Shown here piece after piece: positions 1-8,896 of a stretch of DNA of 64,000 bases (the first letter of the stretch is position 1; every line of letters starts with the position of its first letter). Source of the DNA: Planctomycetota bacterium (GTDB taxonomy: Bacteria > Planctomycetota > PLA2 > JAEUHO01); assembly GCA_965222115.1 (NCBI GenBank), contig CBDCTJ010000007.1:32001-96000 (forward strand), given 5' to 3'. Below the pieces are notes generated by a model. That model did not search any database. It was not told the origin of the DNA and saw only the letters and a program-made list of their open reading frames with translations. The translations under genes were made by a program, and so were the position numbers.

Positions 1-525
1 GAAGTCGTGCCCGGTGTGATCTATCGAAGCGGCCAGTTGCACGCCAACTTGGTTGAAGAGACACTGCGTGACTACGGCATTCGCATCGTGGTGGATCTCG
101 ACGAGGACAGGCCCAACGAGCCGTCGCCCAAGGCGGAACGAGCAGCCATCGCCAATTTGCGGATTCGCTCGGTCAACGTAGAGGGTTTGGATGGCTCGGG
201 AATCGGAAGCCTCGATGCGTACGTCGTGGCCCTGCGCGAAATGAAGCAAGCTCATGACGGAAGGTTGCCCATCTTGGTTCACTGTGCGGCAGGCTCGAAG
301 CGAACGGGCGCTGCTGTCGCATTCTATCGCATGCTGGTTCAAGGCTGGGACGGACCCACAACACACGCAGAGTTCGAACGCTACATCCGCTGGCATTCCA
401 GGAGCACGCGACTGGCACGATTTATCCAGGCCTCGCTCAAGCCCCTGGCGACGAAACTCGTGGCTGCCGGAGTCCTACCTCACCTGCCTACCCATACGCC
501 GCTCTTTGAGCCCGGTACACGGTAG
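1..525 (+). CDS. Protein-tyrosine/dual-specificity phosphatase family protein (5' partial)
   Basis: Cx5R P-loop PILVHCAAGSKRTG and N-terminal EVVPGVIYRSGQ motif; the frame is open to position 1, so the true start is outside the window. Confidence 0.85.
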   Translation, partial: EVVPGVIYRSGQLHANLVEETLRDYGIRIVVDLDEDRPNEPSPKAERAAIANLRIRSVNVEGLDGSGIGSLDAYVVALREMKQAHDGRLPILVHCAAGSKRTGAAVAFYRMLVQGWDGPTTHAEFERYIRWHSRSTRLARFIQASLKPLATKLVAAGVLPHLPTHTPLFEPGTR

Positions 526-534
526 CCCGCCGAG

Positions 535-1299
535 CTAGTCGTCTTCGGTGGGCAGTGGTGTTGGCTCATTGGCGGGCGGCTCTTCCGTGGGCATGGCTTG
601 GGCCTGCGGCGGAATGAATCGGCGTAGGAAGCTCTCTGCGTCTGCTACAGTCAAATGGCGGTTAAAGACGCGGCGGTACTCGTTGGCAAGCTTGATCTTC
701 TCTTCCCGGATCGCCTCAATTGGAAGCTGTTCTTCTGCGCCACGTCGGCGCAACGCGTTGAGCTTACCACGCAGTTCTTGCCCGCGTCGAACGAGCCGGG
801 GCTTGTCTTCCTCGCTTATCTTGATACCGCTCTGTTTAATTATGGCGTCGTACCGCCTTAGCTCTTCGGCAACGGCTTCTTCACGACGAACTTCGGCGAT
901 CAAACGCTTGATCACCTTGACCGCCTCAGGGTCCGTGGACTCTTTCGTAATCAAACGCGTAATCTCAAGCTCCCGAGGCGACGGAAGACCCTTGGGTCGC
1001 TTCACACTAGCGTCGCTGCCGCCTTTGGCTTGAAGCGCCTTATGCGCCTTGTCCATGAGCTGTGCCATCTGCATTTCGAGCTGCGCGAGTTTGCGACCGA
1101 AGTGCTTGGGCGACTGCTCGCCCTCAAGCCGGCTCGACTGCAACGTCTGGAGTGCGCGAAGTTCATTTTCAAGTCGCTCAAGACGATCGGCATCGATTTC
1201 CGTAGGTGCGCCCGCGGTGGGCTCCTTGAGCGCGTCGTAGGTGAAGATTCCAGCCGCGACCAAGGCTGCGGTAAGCAGGAACGTTTGAACGAAATTCAT
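535..1299 (-). CDS. Hypothetical membrane-anchored coiled-coil protein
   Basis: N-terminal hydrophobic helix FVQTFLLTAALVAAGIFTY followed by a charged helical body; ATG 1299 has GGAG 6 nt upstream (track start 1338). Confidence 0.7.
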   Translation of the reverse strand: MNFVQTFLLTAALVAAGIFTYDALKEPTAGAPTEIDADRLERLENELRALQTLQSSRLEGEQSPKHFGRKLAQLEMQMAQLMDKAHKALQAKGGSDASVKRPKGLPSPRELEITRLITKESTDPEAVKVIKRLIAEVRREEAVAEELRRYDAIIKQSGIKISEEDKPRLVRRGQELRGKLNALRRRGAEEQLPIEAIREEKIKLANEYRRVFNRHLTVADAESFLRRFIPPQAQAMPTEEPPANEPTPLPTEDD

Positions 1300-1466
1300 G
1301 GCTGTGCTCCGCGTGGCTGCCTGGGAAGACGGGTTCACCTCCGGCAGCGTCCATTCGATATCCGTAGCCTCGCTGAAAATTACCCTAAGAAGGGGCGTCC
1401 TTCTTCGTTGAACAGATGGAACGGGCGGAACCAGGCGAGTTTTCTCGTTGTTCGGTCACCGCCTAC

Positions 1467-1490
1467 AAACCCAACACGCTCAGCTCCGTT
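1467..1490 (+). promoter_or_regulatory. Candidate ECF sigma promoter (AAAC-N16-CGTT), possibly autoregulatory
   Basis: aaac at 1467-1470, 16-nt spacer, cgtt at 1487-1490; GTG at 1499 lies 8 nt downstream; the same geometry recurs at 32258-32281. Confidence 0.5.
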
Positions 1491-1614
1491 CAGTCTAGGT
1501 GAGTCTTGATGACTCGTTGGAGGGTCTCTCGTTTCCTCGTCATCCTCACCGCCCGATATCAGCCGCCCCTCGGCCTGGATCGAAGACGCGCTTGAGCGAC
1601 TCGAGGCACCGCTT

Positions 1615-2193
1615 GTGCGCTACGCCAAGCGGCTGCTTGGCGGCGATACGGAACGGGCGCGTGACGTGGTGCAGGAGTCGTTTCTGCGACTCTGTCGTGA
1701 GGCACGACGCCTGGGGGTTGAACCCGAGCGACGCGAGCAGTTGATCAAGCATGCGGATGAGTGGCTCTACCGGGTTTGTCGCAATCACGCCATCGACATT
1801 TTACGGAAGGAGAAGCGTATGCACACGCTCACCGACGCACTACTCGTTGCGAACGAGTCGCCGACGCCGGACGCTGCGGTCTCACGATCCGCCACGTCGA
1901 TATCCTCACCACCGGGAGCACTGCTCGAAGAACAGGAACGTCGCCGAACGATTCAAGCGTCGATACGACAACTCAATCCGCGCCAACAAGAACTCGTGTT
2001 CCTCAAGTTCGAAAGCGGGCTTAGCTACAAGCAGATCGCGTCCATTACCCAGCTCTCTACGAGCAATGTGGGCTACATCCTGCACACCGCAATGCGTGCC
2101 CTACGGCAATCGCTATCGACTTCATCCGCGTCCCCACCAACATCAACTTCCATGGCCGCCGCTTCGATCGCCGCCACCGAAAGGAGTGCCTAA
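1615..2193 (+). CDS. ECF-type sigma-70 RNA polymerase sigma factor (5' end uncertain, possible frameshift)
   Basis: Region 2 (ARDVVQESFLRL, WLYRVCRNHAIDILRKE) and region 4 (LNPRQQELVFLKFESGLSYKQIASIT); TAATG overlap with the next gene; sigma-like sequence AWIEDALERLEAPL continues upstream of the GTG. Confidence 0.9.
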   Translation: MRYAKRLLGGDTERARDVVQESFLRLCREARRLGVEPERREQLIKHADEWLYRVCRNHAIDILRKEKRMHTLTDALLVANESPTPDAAVSRSATSISSPPGALLEEQERRRTIQASIRQLNPRQQELVFLKFESGLSYKQIASITQLSTSNVGYILHTAMRALRQSLSTSSASPPTSTSMAAASIAATERSA

Positions 2194-5051
2194 TGTCTCT
2201 CCCTACTAACAGTTCGCCATTCGACGACGCGCGCCTTACCGCTTATGTGCTTGGCGAGTTGAATGAATCCGATCGATCCGCTTTCGAGATCGAGTTGAAT
2301 TCGAATCCGGCGTTGCAGACAGAACTCGAAGCGATGCAGTCAATTTCTGGCGATCTGCAAGCTGTGCTTGGGCAGGCTGTGATCGGACGGGCTGTGAGCG
2401 GAACGAGCGGCGAATCGCTCGGGCAGTTACAACGTGCGTCGGTGTTGAATGAAGCTACTGTCGCGGAAGAGGCCACACCAAGAACAACCAATCCCTGGTC
2501 GTGGGTGCCCATGGCTGCCGCGGCGATGATGTTGTTCATGGTGGGTGCCGTCGCAATGCTTGCGAGTAAACAACAGTCATCTGTTTCGCGAGAGGAAGCG
2601 AGACAACAAGGCGTCTACTTCAGCGTAAACGATGGCGATGTTGAGGGGCGCGTACTTGACAGCATGAAGCTCGATGAGTTTCGCGAGGTCGACCGCGCGT
2701 TGAAATCGTCGAAAAAGGGCGGGGCTGTGATGCATGACGATTCGACGGAGGTCACCGAACAAGAGGTCGTAACCGAAGAGCCTCTAATTGAGGATGAAAG
2801 TCTGGCCGACCATCCTGAAACCGACAATGATCTCCCCTACCAAGAATCGTTTGGCGAAACGACAGGGACGGCGCCCGCCCCCTTCAATGGCCCATCGACG
2901 AATGGTGTGATTGGCGTGTCAGGAGGCAGTGGCGGCGCGTTTCAAGGACGAGGAGCAGGGCGCGCTCCAGCTGCCGACCGAAGAATTCCTACAGCAACTC
3001 GGCCTGTGGGTAAGGCGGCGCCTAACCCACACATCAACTCGGGTCCTATGCCTGCTACGACTCCCGCGCCAGGCTCATCTCCGCTTCCCCTGGGCCCGAC
3101 GACGCCTCCTGTGTCGCCTAGCCCTATGTTTCGGCGAGGGCCAGGCTCCGGATCGGGGAAGGCCGCCTCGCCCGTCGCTGGAACAATTGTGCTTGATCCG
3201 CGTTCGCAACCTGTGGAGTCAACGGTATCCACACGGGTTCTCTCTCGCCCGGTGTCTGCTCGCACCGAGACCATACCGGCCGAGTATCGAACGATTCAAG
3301 AGCGGGTGCGATTGGCTGACGGCACGTATGGGACTCGCGAGCGACAAGTCCTTGTTCGCCCTGCAAGTACTCGCCAGATTCCTATACCCGCACAGTACAT
3401 GACGATTCAAGACAGAGTCAAAGTGCAACGGGGCCTCCATGGAGGATTGTTTGTTGTAGCGCGACTTCAATCCGTGGACGGCAAGCAGGTTTGGGTGCAG
3501 CTTCCGACGCCCGTTCCTCATTCGCTCGCGGGCGAGGCTCCCGGCACCGAACAATACGATCCGATTCCGGAGTCGCCATTCGTTGACGCGAAGACGCACC
3601 ACACCTCAACGTTTAGCGTTGACGTGGATACAGCCAGTTACGCCAATATGCGCCGTTTCTTGAGCTCGGGTCGTTTGCCGCCGCACCACGCGCTGCGCCT
3701 CGAAGAGTTGATCAACTACTTCGACTACGGCTACGACGCCCCCACGGCGAAGGACAAGCACCCCTTCAATACGCATGTGCAGATCGTTACGTGCCCGTGG
3801 AATCCACGTCATCGCTTGGCGCGCATTGCCTTGAAGGGACGCGAGATTGACCGCAAGGCGCGGCCCGCCAGCAACTTGGTGTTCTTGGTGGATGTGTCGG
3901 GCTCGATGGCCGCGGCCAACAAGTTGGGCCTTGTCAAGAAGAGCCTCACCATGCTCGTCGAGCAACTCGATGAACGCGATCGCATTGCCATTGTGACGTA
4001 TGCCAGCTCGTCGGGCGTTGCACTTGCCTCCACACCGTGCAATGAGCAGGGCAAGATCATGGCGGCCATCAACGCGCTTTCCGCGGGTGGCAGCACCAAC
4101 GGCGAAGCGGGCATCAAGACGGCCTACGAGACGGCCAAAGCCCACTTCATCAAGGGCGGCACCAACCGCGTGGTGCTCGTGACCGACGGCGATTTCAATG
4201 TGGGCACCACCGACAACGACGAGTTGACCGCGCTCATCAATCGCAACGCCAATGAGAAGAAGATCTTTCTTTCGATTCTTGGCTACGGCATGGGCAACTA
4301 TCAAGATGGTCGCATGGAGGCGCTGTCCAACAAGGGTCAGGGCAACTATGCCTACATAGACTCAGTTGACGAAGCTCGCCGTGTGTTGGTTGAGAAGCTC
4401 ACCGGCACGTTGCTCACGATTGCTAAGGATGTGAAGGTACAGGTCTTCTTCAATCCACAGAAGGTGGCGTCGTATCGTTTGATTGGGTATCAGAACCGCG
4501 CCCTTGCCGCCGCCGACTTCAACAACGATCGCAAAGACGCAGGTGACGTCGGTGCGGGACATGAAGTGACGGCGCTGTATGAGTTGGTGCCTGTAGGCAC
4601 GCCCCCGCCGTCTCCGGAGGTGGATCCCAATCCTTTTGTGAATGCACCCAAGCAGGACGCCACCACGCCCGTCAAGGCCGAGAAGGACGACGCGCCCGCG
4701 CGTCCCGAAAGCTTCCGCTTGCGCCTGCGTTACAAGCTGCCCGAGAGCGACACGAGTGTGCTCATGGAGCAGGACGTAGCCGATCAGGGATTGACGTTTG
4801 ATAAGGCCGATCGTGCGTGTCAGTGGGCCGCCTCCGTGGCCTTGTTCGGTCAAGTGCTTCGCGGTTCGCGCCATGTGGGCAGCGGTGCGCTCGACGCAGT
4901 ACTCGAGACGGCTTCCGCATTAGCCGAAGACGCCGACACGCTCTACGAAGTCGCGCCGGAAGACGAATCGCTGCGCGGCAAGGGCGCCGAACTCAATCAG
5001 TTTGTCGAACTCGTGAAGCGCGCCAAGCAGCTAGGTGCAGGCAGCCGGTAG
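2193..5051 (+). CDS. Anti-sigma-like / TM / vWA (YfbK-type, DUF3520) protein
   Basis: N-terminal DARLTAYVLGEL anti-sigma-like helix bundle, a TM helix and a long low-complexity linker; then STFSVDVDTASY, EELINYFDY, MIDAS DVSGSM, TDGDFNVG, TIAKDVKVQV and DAGDVGAGHEVTALYE motifs. Confidence 0.9.
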   Translation: MSLPTNSSPFDDARLTAYVLGELNESDRSAFEIELNSNPALQTELEAMQSISGDLQAVLGQAVIGRAVSGTSGESLGQLQRASVLNEATVAEEATPRTTNPWSWVPMAAAAMMLFMVGAVAMLASKQQSSVSREEARQQGVYFSVNDGDVEGRVLDSMKLDEFREVDRALKSSKKGGAVMHDDSTEVTEQEVVTEEPLIEDESLADHPETDNDLPYQESFGETTGTAPAPFNGPSTNGVIGVSGGSGGAFQGRGAGRAPAADRRIPTATRPVGKAAPNPHINSGPMPATTPAPGSSPLPLGPTTPPVSPSPMFRRGPGSGSGKAASPVAGTIVLDPRSQPVESTVSTRVLSRPVSARTETIPAEYRTIQERVRLADGTYGTRERQVLVRPASTRQIPIPAQYMTIQDRVKVQRGLHGGLFVVARLQSVDGKQVWVQLPTPVPHSLAGEAPGTEQYDPIPESPFVDAKTHHTSTFSVDVDTASYANMRRFLSSGRLPPHHALRLEELINYFDYGYDAPTAKDKHPFNTHVQIVTCPWNPRHRLARIALKGREIDRKARPASNLVFLVDVSGSMAAANKLGLVKKSLTMLVEQLDERDRIAIVTYASSSGVALASTPCNEQGKIMAAINALSAGGSTNGEAGIKTAYETAKAHFIKGGTNRVVLVTDGDFNVGTTDNDELTALINRNANEKKIFLSILGYGMGNYQDGRMEALSNKGQGNYAYIDSVDEARRVLVEKLTGTLLTIAKDVKVQVFFNPQKVASYRLIGYQNRALAAADFNNDRKDAGDVGAGHEVTALYELVPVGTPPPSPEVDPNPFVNAPKQDATTPVKAEKDDAPARPESFRLRLRYKLPESDTSVLMEQDVADQGLTFDKADRACQWAASVALFGQVLRGSRHVGSGALDAVLETASALAEDADTLYEVAPEDESLRGKGAELNQFVELVKRAKQLGAGSR

Positions 5052-5129
5052 GGCCTTCGAACCGAATTCACAATTGGTGCCGGGAGCGAATTGTGTGAAG
5101 CGCGCCAAGCAGTTGGGTGCCGGTACCCG
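5013..5129 (+). repeat. Imperfect direct duplication of the vWA gene 3' end
   Basis: gtgaagcgcgccaagcag at 5013-5030 and 5095-5112, followed by ctaggtgcaggcagccg vs ttgggtgccggtacccg. Confidence 0.75.
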
Positions 5130-5138
5130 ACAATCTCG

Positions 5139-5161
5139 AAAAAGGTGCCGGGTGCTTTTTT
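5139..5161. repeat. REP-like imperfect palindrome with GTGCCGG core
   Basis: aaaaaggtgccgggtgctttttt; related cores at 5077, 5117, 5813 and 51267. Confidence 0.55.
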
Positions 5162-5203
5162 GCAGGACAAGCACGCGTAGACGAACGCCCCTATCATGGC
5201 GCG

Positions 5204-5722
5204 ATGCGCTACCTGCTTGTACTCGCCGGACTGTTGGTCGCCGCGTGGGCGGTACATACGTTCGTCCTAGACCGTGAGGACACAGCGAACGAGCAGAATC
5301 CGGATGCGCCGCCGGGGTATCGCAAGCATGTTGCAGTCATCGATCCGTTTGCCGGTGACCGTGCCGCAGCCGAAGCCCTGGAAGCCAGCGCGGAAGGTAC
5401 CTACTTTGGCCAAGTAATCGTTGAGGACAACGACAAGGGACGCATCACAACAAACGTTACGCTTGAGCTTCGTGCGGAGAACGGGTTTCGACTTACGACC
5501 CAACGCGCTTGGAACTCCGGGCGCGACGGCAAAGTGCTCTCGGGCAAGTGGCACTTGCGCGGCGACCACTGTCGGCTCACCTACACCCACGTAAACGGCG
5601 AACCGATGAAGGAACGCCTGTCGGTCAAGAACCCATACGAGACCGACAAGATTACGTTCCCCGACGTTCCCGGCGCCGGATCTGTCGTGTTGCGTCGAAC
5701 AAAAATTTTGAATGTTCGTTGA
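5204..5722 (+). CDS. Hypothetical exported protein (beta-rich, lipocalin-like C-terminus)
   Basis: Signal/anchor MRYLLVLAGLLVAAWAVH; TLELRAENGFRLT...GKWHLRGD pattern; TATCAT 6 nt before ATG 5204. Confidence 0.65.
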   Translation: MRYLLVLAGLLVAAWAVHTFVLDREDTANEQNPDAPPGYRKHVAVIDPFAGDRAAAEALEASAEGTYFGQVIVEDNDKGRITTNVTLELRAENGFRLTTQRAWNSGRDGKVLSGKWHLRGDHCRLTYTHVNGEPMKERLSVKNPYETDKITFPDVPGAGSVVLRRTKILNVR

Positions 5723-5810
5723 GGTCCCCCGCCGTAGCGCGCCAACGTTTGTCCCATCCCTTCCCTGAATCCGAATCCTTTGCCGAACCCTCTCCCCCAA
5801 CCCTGCAAAT

Positions 5811-5827
5811 AAGTGCCGGGTGTAAAT
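5811..5827. repeat. REP-like intergenic repeat copy
   Basis: aagtgccgggtgtaaat is identical to 51265-51281; both copies lie between convergent genes. Confidence 0.6.
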
Positions 5828-5926
5828 GTTTGGGGATTTCACGAAAAAACGCGCGACGAGCACATGCCTCGCCGCGCGTTGCTTGGGATTTCGCGCGATC
5901 ATATGCCGAGCGATTCGTCTAAATGG

Positions 5927-6130
5927 CTAGTCCTTGACGATAAAGCTGACCTTCATGTTGACGCGGTACTCGACAACTTTGCCGTCTTTGACCTCCACCT
6001 TTTGCTCGTTAATCCAGGCACCGCGAATGCCTTTAATGGTCTTGGACGCGCGGGCGATGCCCTCGTCGATGGCTTCCTGGAAGCTCTTGGGCGAGGACGA
6101 GGAAATTTCTACTACCTTGGCTACGGACAT
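5927..6130 (-). CDS. Dodecin family flavin-binding protein
   Basis: 67 aa, SVAKVVEISSSSPKSFQEAIDEGIARASKT...EYRVNMKVSF; AGGAG RBS. Confidence 0.92.
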   Translation of the reverse strand: MSVAKVVEISSSSPKSFQEAIDEGIARASKTIKGIRGAWINEQKVEVKDGKVVEYRVNMKVSFIVKD

Positions 6131-6253
6131 GCTGTCTCCTTCATTGAACTAAACCCTAAGACGCATCACTCGTGCGGAGTGAGTGACGAGACGGAACGCG
6201 CCCCTCATGCGGGGGTGCGGAAATCGTTTTGGTTGGATCGACCGGAAAGCGCT

Positions 6254-6835
6254 CTACGCGCGCTCACGGCCTTGCGTGGGGAAACCCTTCCAACGCTTGC
6301 GGCGGGTGGTAACGGTTTCGAAGTCATCATCGTCGGACGTGGTCGAGCCTCCCGAACGCGCAGAGAGCGCACGGTCGATCGATAGTGCGCCGGAACCGCG
6401 CCACATGAGGGCTACGGCCATGGCGACCGCGAGAATGTGAAACTCGATGCCGTGATCCAAGCCTTCCTTACCCATCCAGTTAATGAACAAGCCGTTGTTC
6501 CAGTGGGCAAGGTAGGCAGCGGTACCCATTGTTGCGGCGATGCCGAGCGCTGCGACGCGACCAAAGAGCCCGAAGATGAGCGCGAGGCCTCCCAACGCTT
6601 CGGCGGCGATGGCGCAATAGACTTGCCATGGCTCGAGACCATAGCTTGCCGTCATGTGCTCTACGGTCTTTTCCAGTCCCTGCTGCATCTCGGCGGGGAC
6701 ACCCGTCATACCAATCTCGTCATAGATGCCTTCAATGACTTTGCCGGCACCGTGCGCCAACATCACAACGCCCAGTCCGAGGCGCAGAATCATGGTGGAA
6801 AACTCGTTGCGGGTTCGCATCAGGGCACGAAACAT
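6254..6835 (-). CDS. DoxX family membrane protein
   Basis: LRLGLGVVMLAHGAGK, EALGGLALIFGLFGRVAAL, GIEFHIL and GSGALSID motifs. Confidence 0.9.
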   Translation of the reverse strand: MFRALMRTRNEFSTMILRLGLGVVMLAHGAGKVIEGIYDEIGMTGVPAEMQQGLEKTVEHMTASYGLEPWQVYCAIAAEALGGLALIFGLFGRVAALGIAATMGTAAYLAHWNNGLFINWMGKEGLDHGIEFHILAVAMAVALMWRGSGALSIDRALSARSGGSTTSDDDDFETVTTRRKRWKGFPTQGRERA

Positions 6836-7014
6836 GACAGCACTCCGGGACTGTGCCCGGACGATCCCGGCGCACGAAAGGCGAGGGATAACACGAATCG
6901 AGGGTCGGACCGACGTTCGCCCGATGCGGACACGCCCCAGGTGCTATGCGGGCCCCCCATCGAGCCCTGCGGAGCCAAATTCGGCCCTTCCGGATGGCGT
7001 GGGCGCTGCCTGGG

Positions 7015-8757
7015 TTAGCGCCTGGCCGGCTGCTTTTTGGGCGCGCCTGCACGCCGCGCCCGCATGCGGACAATGCGCAACTCCCCGCCTTCCACGACCC
7101 AGTTGAGGAACATGAGTCCCACCACTTTATCGGCTTCGACGACGGACGCCATGCCGTGTTTGACGCGCAGACTCACGCGGTCGTAAGGCAGGGCGCGAAT
7201 GTTCTGGCCAATCTGGCGAAATGACTCGCGACGGCTGGCGAGAGCTTTTCGTGCCGCCGCTTGGCTGGCGGCGGGAAGGTAGTTGATGGCACCGGCATCC
7301 GACGTCATGGGGAGCCCCGTAGGCTTCTTCGGATCTCTTAAGGCTTGAAACGATGCCACGAGCCAGGTGCGCAATGCGGTCGCCGTGCCTTCAAGAAACG
7401 GATCGTTGGCGTCGTTGTAGACGGCAGCTTGGTCCTTTTCCGTGGCTTTGTGCCACTTGACGAACAAGTAGGAGGGATCCCCACCGCCGATGGTGATGGT
7501 CGCATCGAGGCGAGCATTCGCAGCACCGCCCTGACTAAAGATCACATCCAACGCAAGGGTCGATGGCGCTACGCGCGACGCCCTCGGGAACACGGCTTTC
7601 ATGGGCGCAACAACATTCTCGTACTCGCCGGGCACGCGCTTGGCCTTTGAGATATGCCCAACGAGTGTGGGGCTTCCATCCAGTGCCGCGTCGAAGGCCG
7701 CTTTGAGATCTTCCGCCCAACTGCGCACCTGGGCCGAAGCCTTCTGCCGCTTGAAGACCGACACCTTATGCGTTTCAGGTCGACGCGATGCCGCTTTCGC
7801 CGATCGTGTGGCCGCAGGCAAGTCTTGCAACTCGAGCGAAAACGCGTCGGGTGAGTTGGCTCCGTGATCGGGCCACGGCGTAGCGCGAGGCTTGGCGATG
7901 GGAATCGCGCCTTCGTACTTGCCGCTGGACGCCACCACGCCTTGAACATGTAGCACGGACAACACTTGAATCTTGGGACTTGCGGGCAAGGCACCAATGA
8001 TAGTTCGAACGCCAACACATCCGCCGCGGCGCAGGTAGTCCATGACGGTCACGGCGTCTTGCAATTCACAGTTCTGAGCAAAGCGACAAACAGCCACCAC
8101 GGGGCCCAGTCCCTCCTTTGCCGCTTTCTCCACCGCGAGTTCCGCAGCGCGATAGGCGAACTTTAAGTTCGAGGGCTTCTCCTGCTTATGAAGTTTGTGT
8201 TTCTTCTTCGCTTCGGTTGTGAGATCGGCGGTCTTATCGAGCACGGTCCGTAGTCGCACCGGCAATTTGGCGCCCCGTTTGCCCGTTGCGTCCCCCGCAC
8301 CCTTGCTGGGCAGAAAGAGCGGAAAGCCATACACCTTCCCATCCCCTTCGTGTCGTACGCGAATGCCAACTCGAAATATGCCCGCGCGTTGTGCCATCAA
8401 CCGCACCTGAACGACGTGACCCCAACGATGCCGCGCTGACGCGGTAATCCATAGCGAGTGCCCCGGCGTCTTTCCACGTTCTTTGAGTAGGGCCATCAGC
8501 GCTTTGGCGTCGTGCGTTCCCGGTACGCCACCCACGCGAAACGCGCCCCACTCATCGGTACGCCCCACCATTACGTGGGTCACGTTCTCTTTGCGAAGCG
8601 GCGCGCAAGTACCCGCCACGGGCAGATCTTGCGTGTAGATGGTCGGCACGCGCTCGGCGGCGTCGGCACTTGACGGGGAGAGCACGAATAAGAGTGCCCC
8701 CATCCATGCGGCCAGCATGAGAGGTCGTCGTCCGGGGTATGGGCGTTGAACGAGCAT
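7015..8757 (-). CDS. Hypothetical secreted protein with two ExbD/TolR-like periplasmic segments
   Basis: Signal peptide (LLFVLSPSSADA); segments WITASARHRWGHVVQVRLMAQRAGIFRVGI and CRFAQNCELQDAVTVMDYLRRGG; GAGG before ATG 8757. Confidence 0.55.
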   Translation of the reverse strand: MLVQRPYPGRRPLMLAAWMGALLFVLSPSSADAAERVPTIYTQDLPVAGTCAPLRKENVTHVMVGRTDEWGAFRVGGVPGTHDAKALMALLKERGKTPGHSLWITASARHRWGHVVQVRLMAQRAGIFRVGIRVRHEGDGKVYGFPLFLPSKGAGDATGKRGAKLPVRLRTVLDKTADLTTEAKKKHKLHKQEKPSNLKFAYRAAELAVEKAAKEGLGPVVAVCRFAQNCELQDAVTVMDYLRRGGCVGVRTIIGALPASPKIQVLSVLHVQGVVASSGKYEGAIPIAKPRATPWPDHGANSPDAFSLELQDLPAATRSAKAASRRPETHKVSVFKRQKASAQVRSWAEDLKAAFDAALDGSPTLVGHISKAKRVPGEYENVVAPMKAVFPRASRVAPSTLALDVIFSQGGAANARLDATITIGGGDPSYLFVKWHKATEKDQAAVYNDANDPFLEGTATALRTWLVASFQALRDPKKPTGLPMTSDAGAINYLPAASQAAARKALASRRESFRQIGQNIRALPYDRVSLRVKHGMASVVEADKVVGLMFLNWVVEGGELRIVRMRARRAGAPKKQPARR

Positions 8758-8896
8758 GGGTGCCTCGAGTATCGGCGTTGAGAAAGTAGGGAATCGGCCG
8801 CACGGCAGCCGCCAGAGCGGACGCGCAGTGAGCAATTAGCTACTATCGGCCCGTCATGGCCGTGTTTCAACCATCGCCCAAGGGACAAAGATCTCC

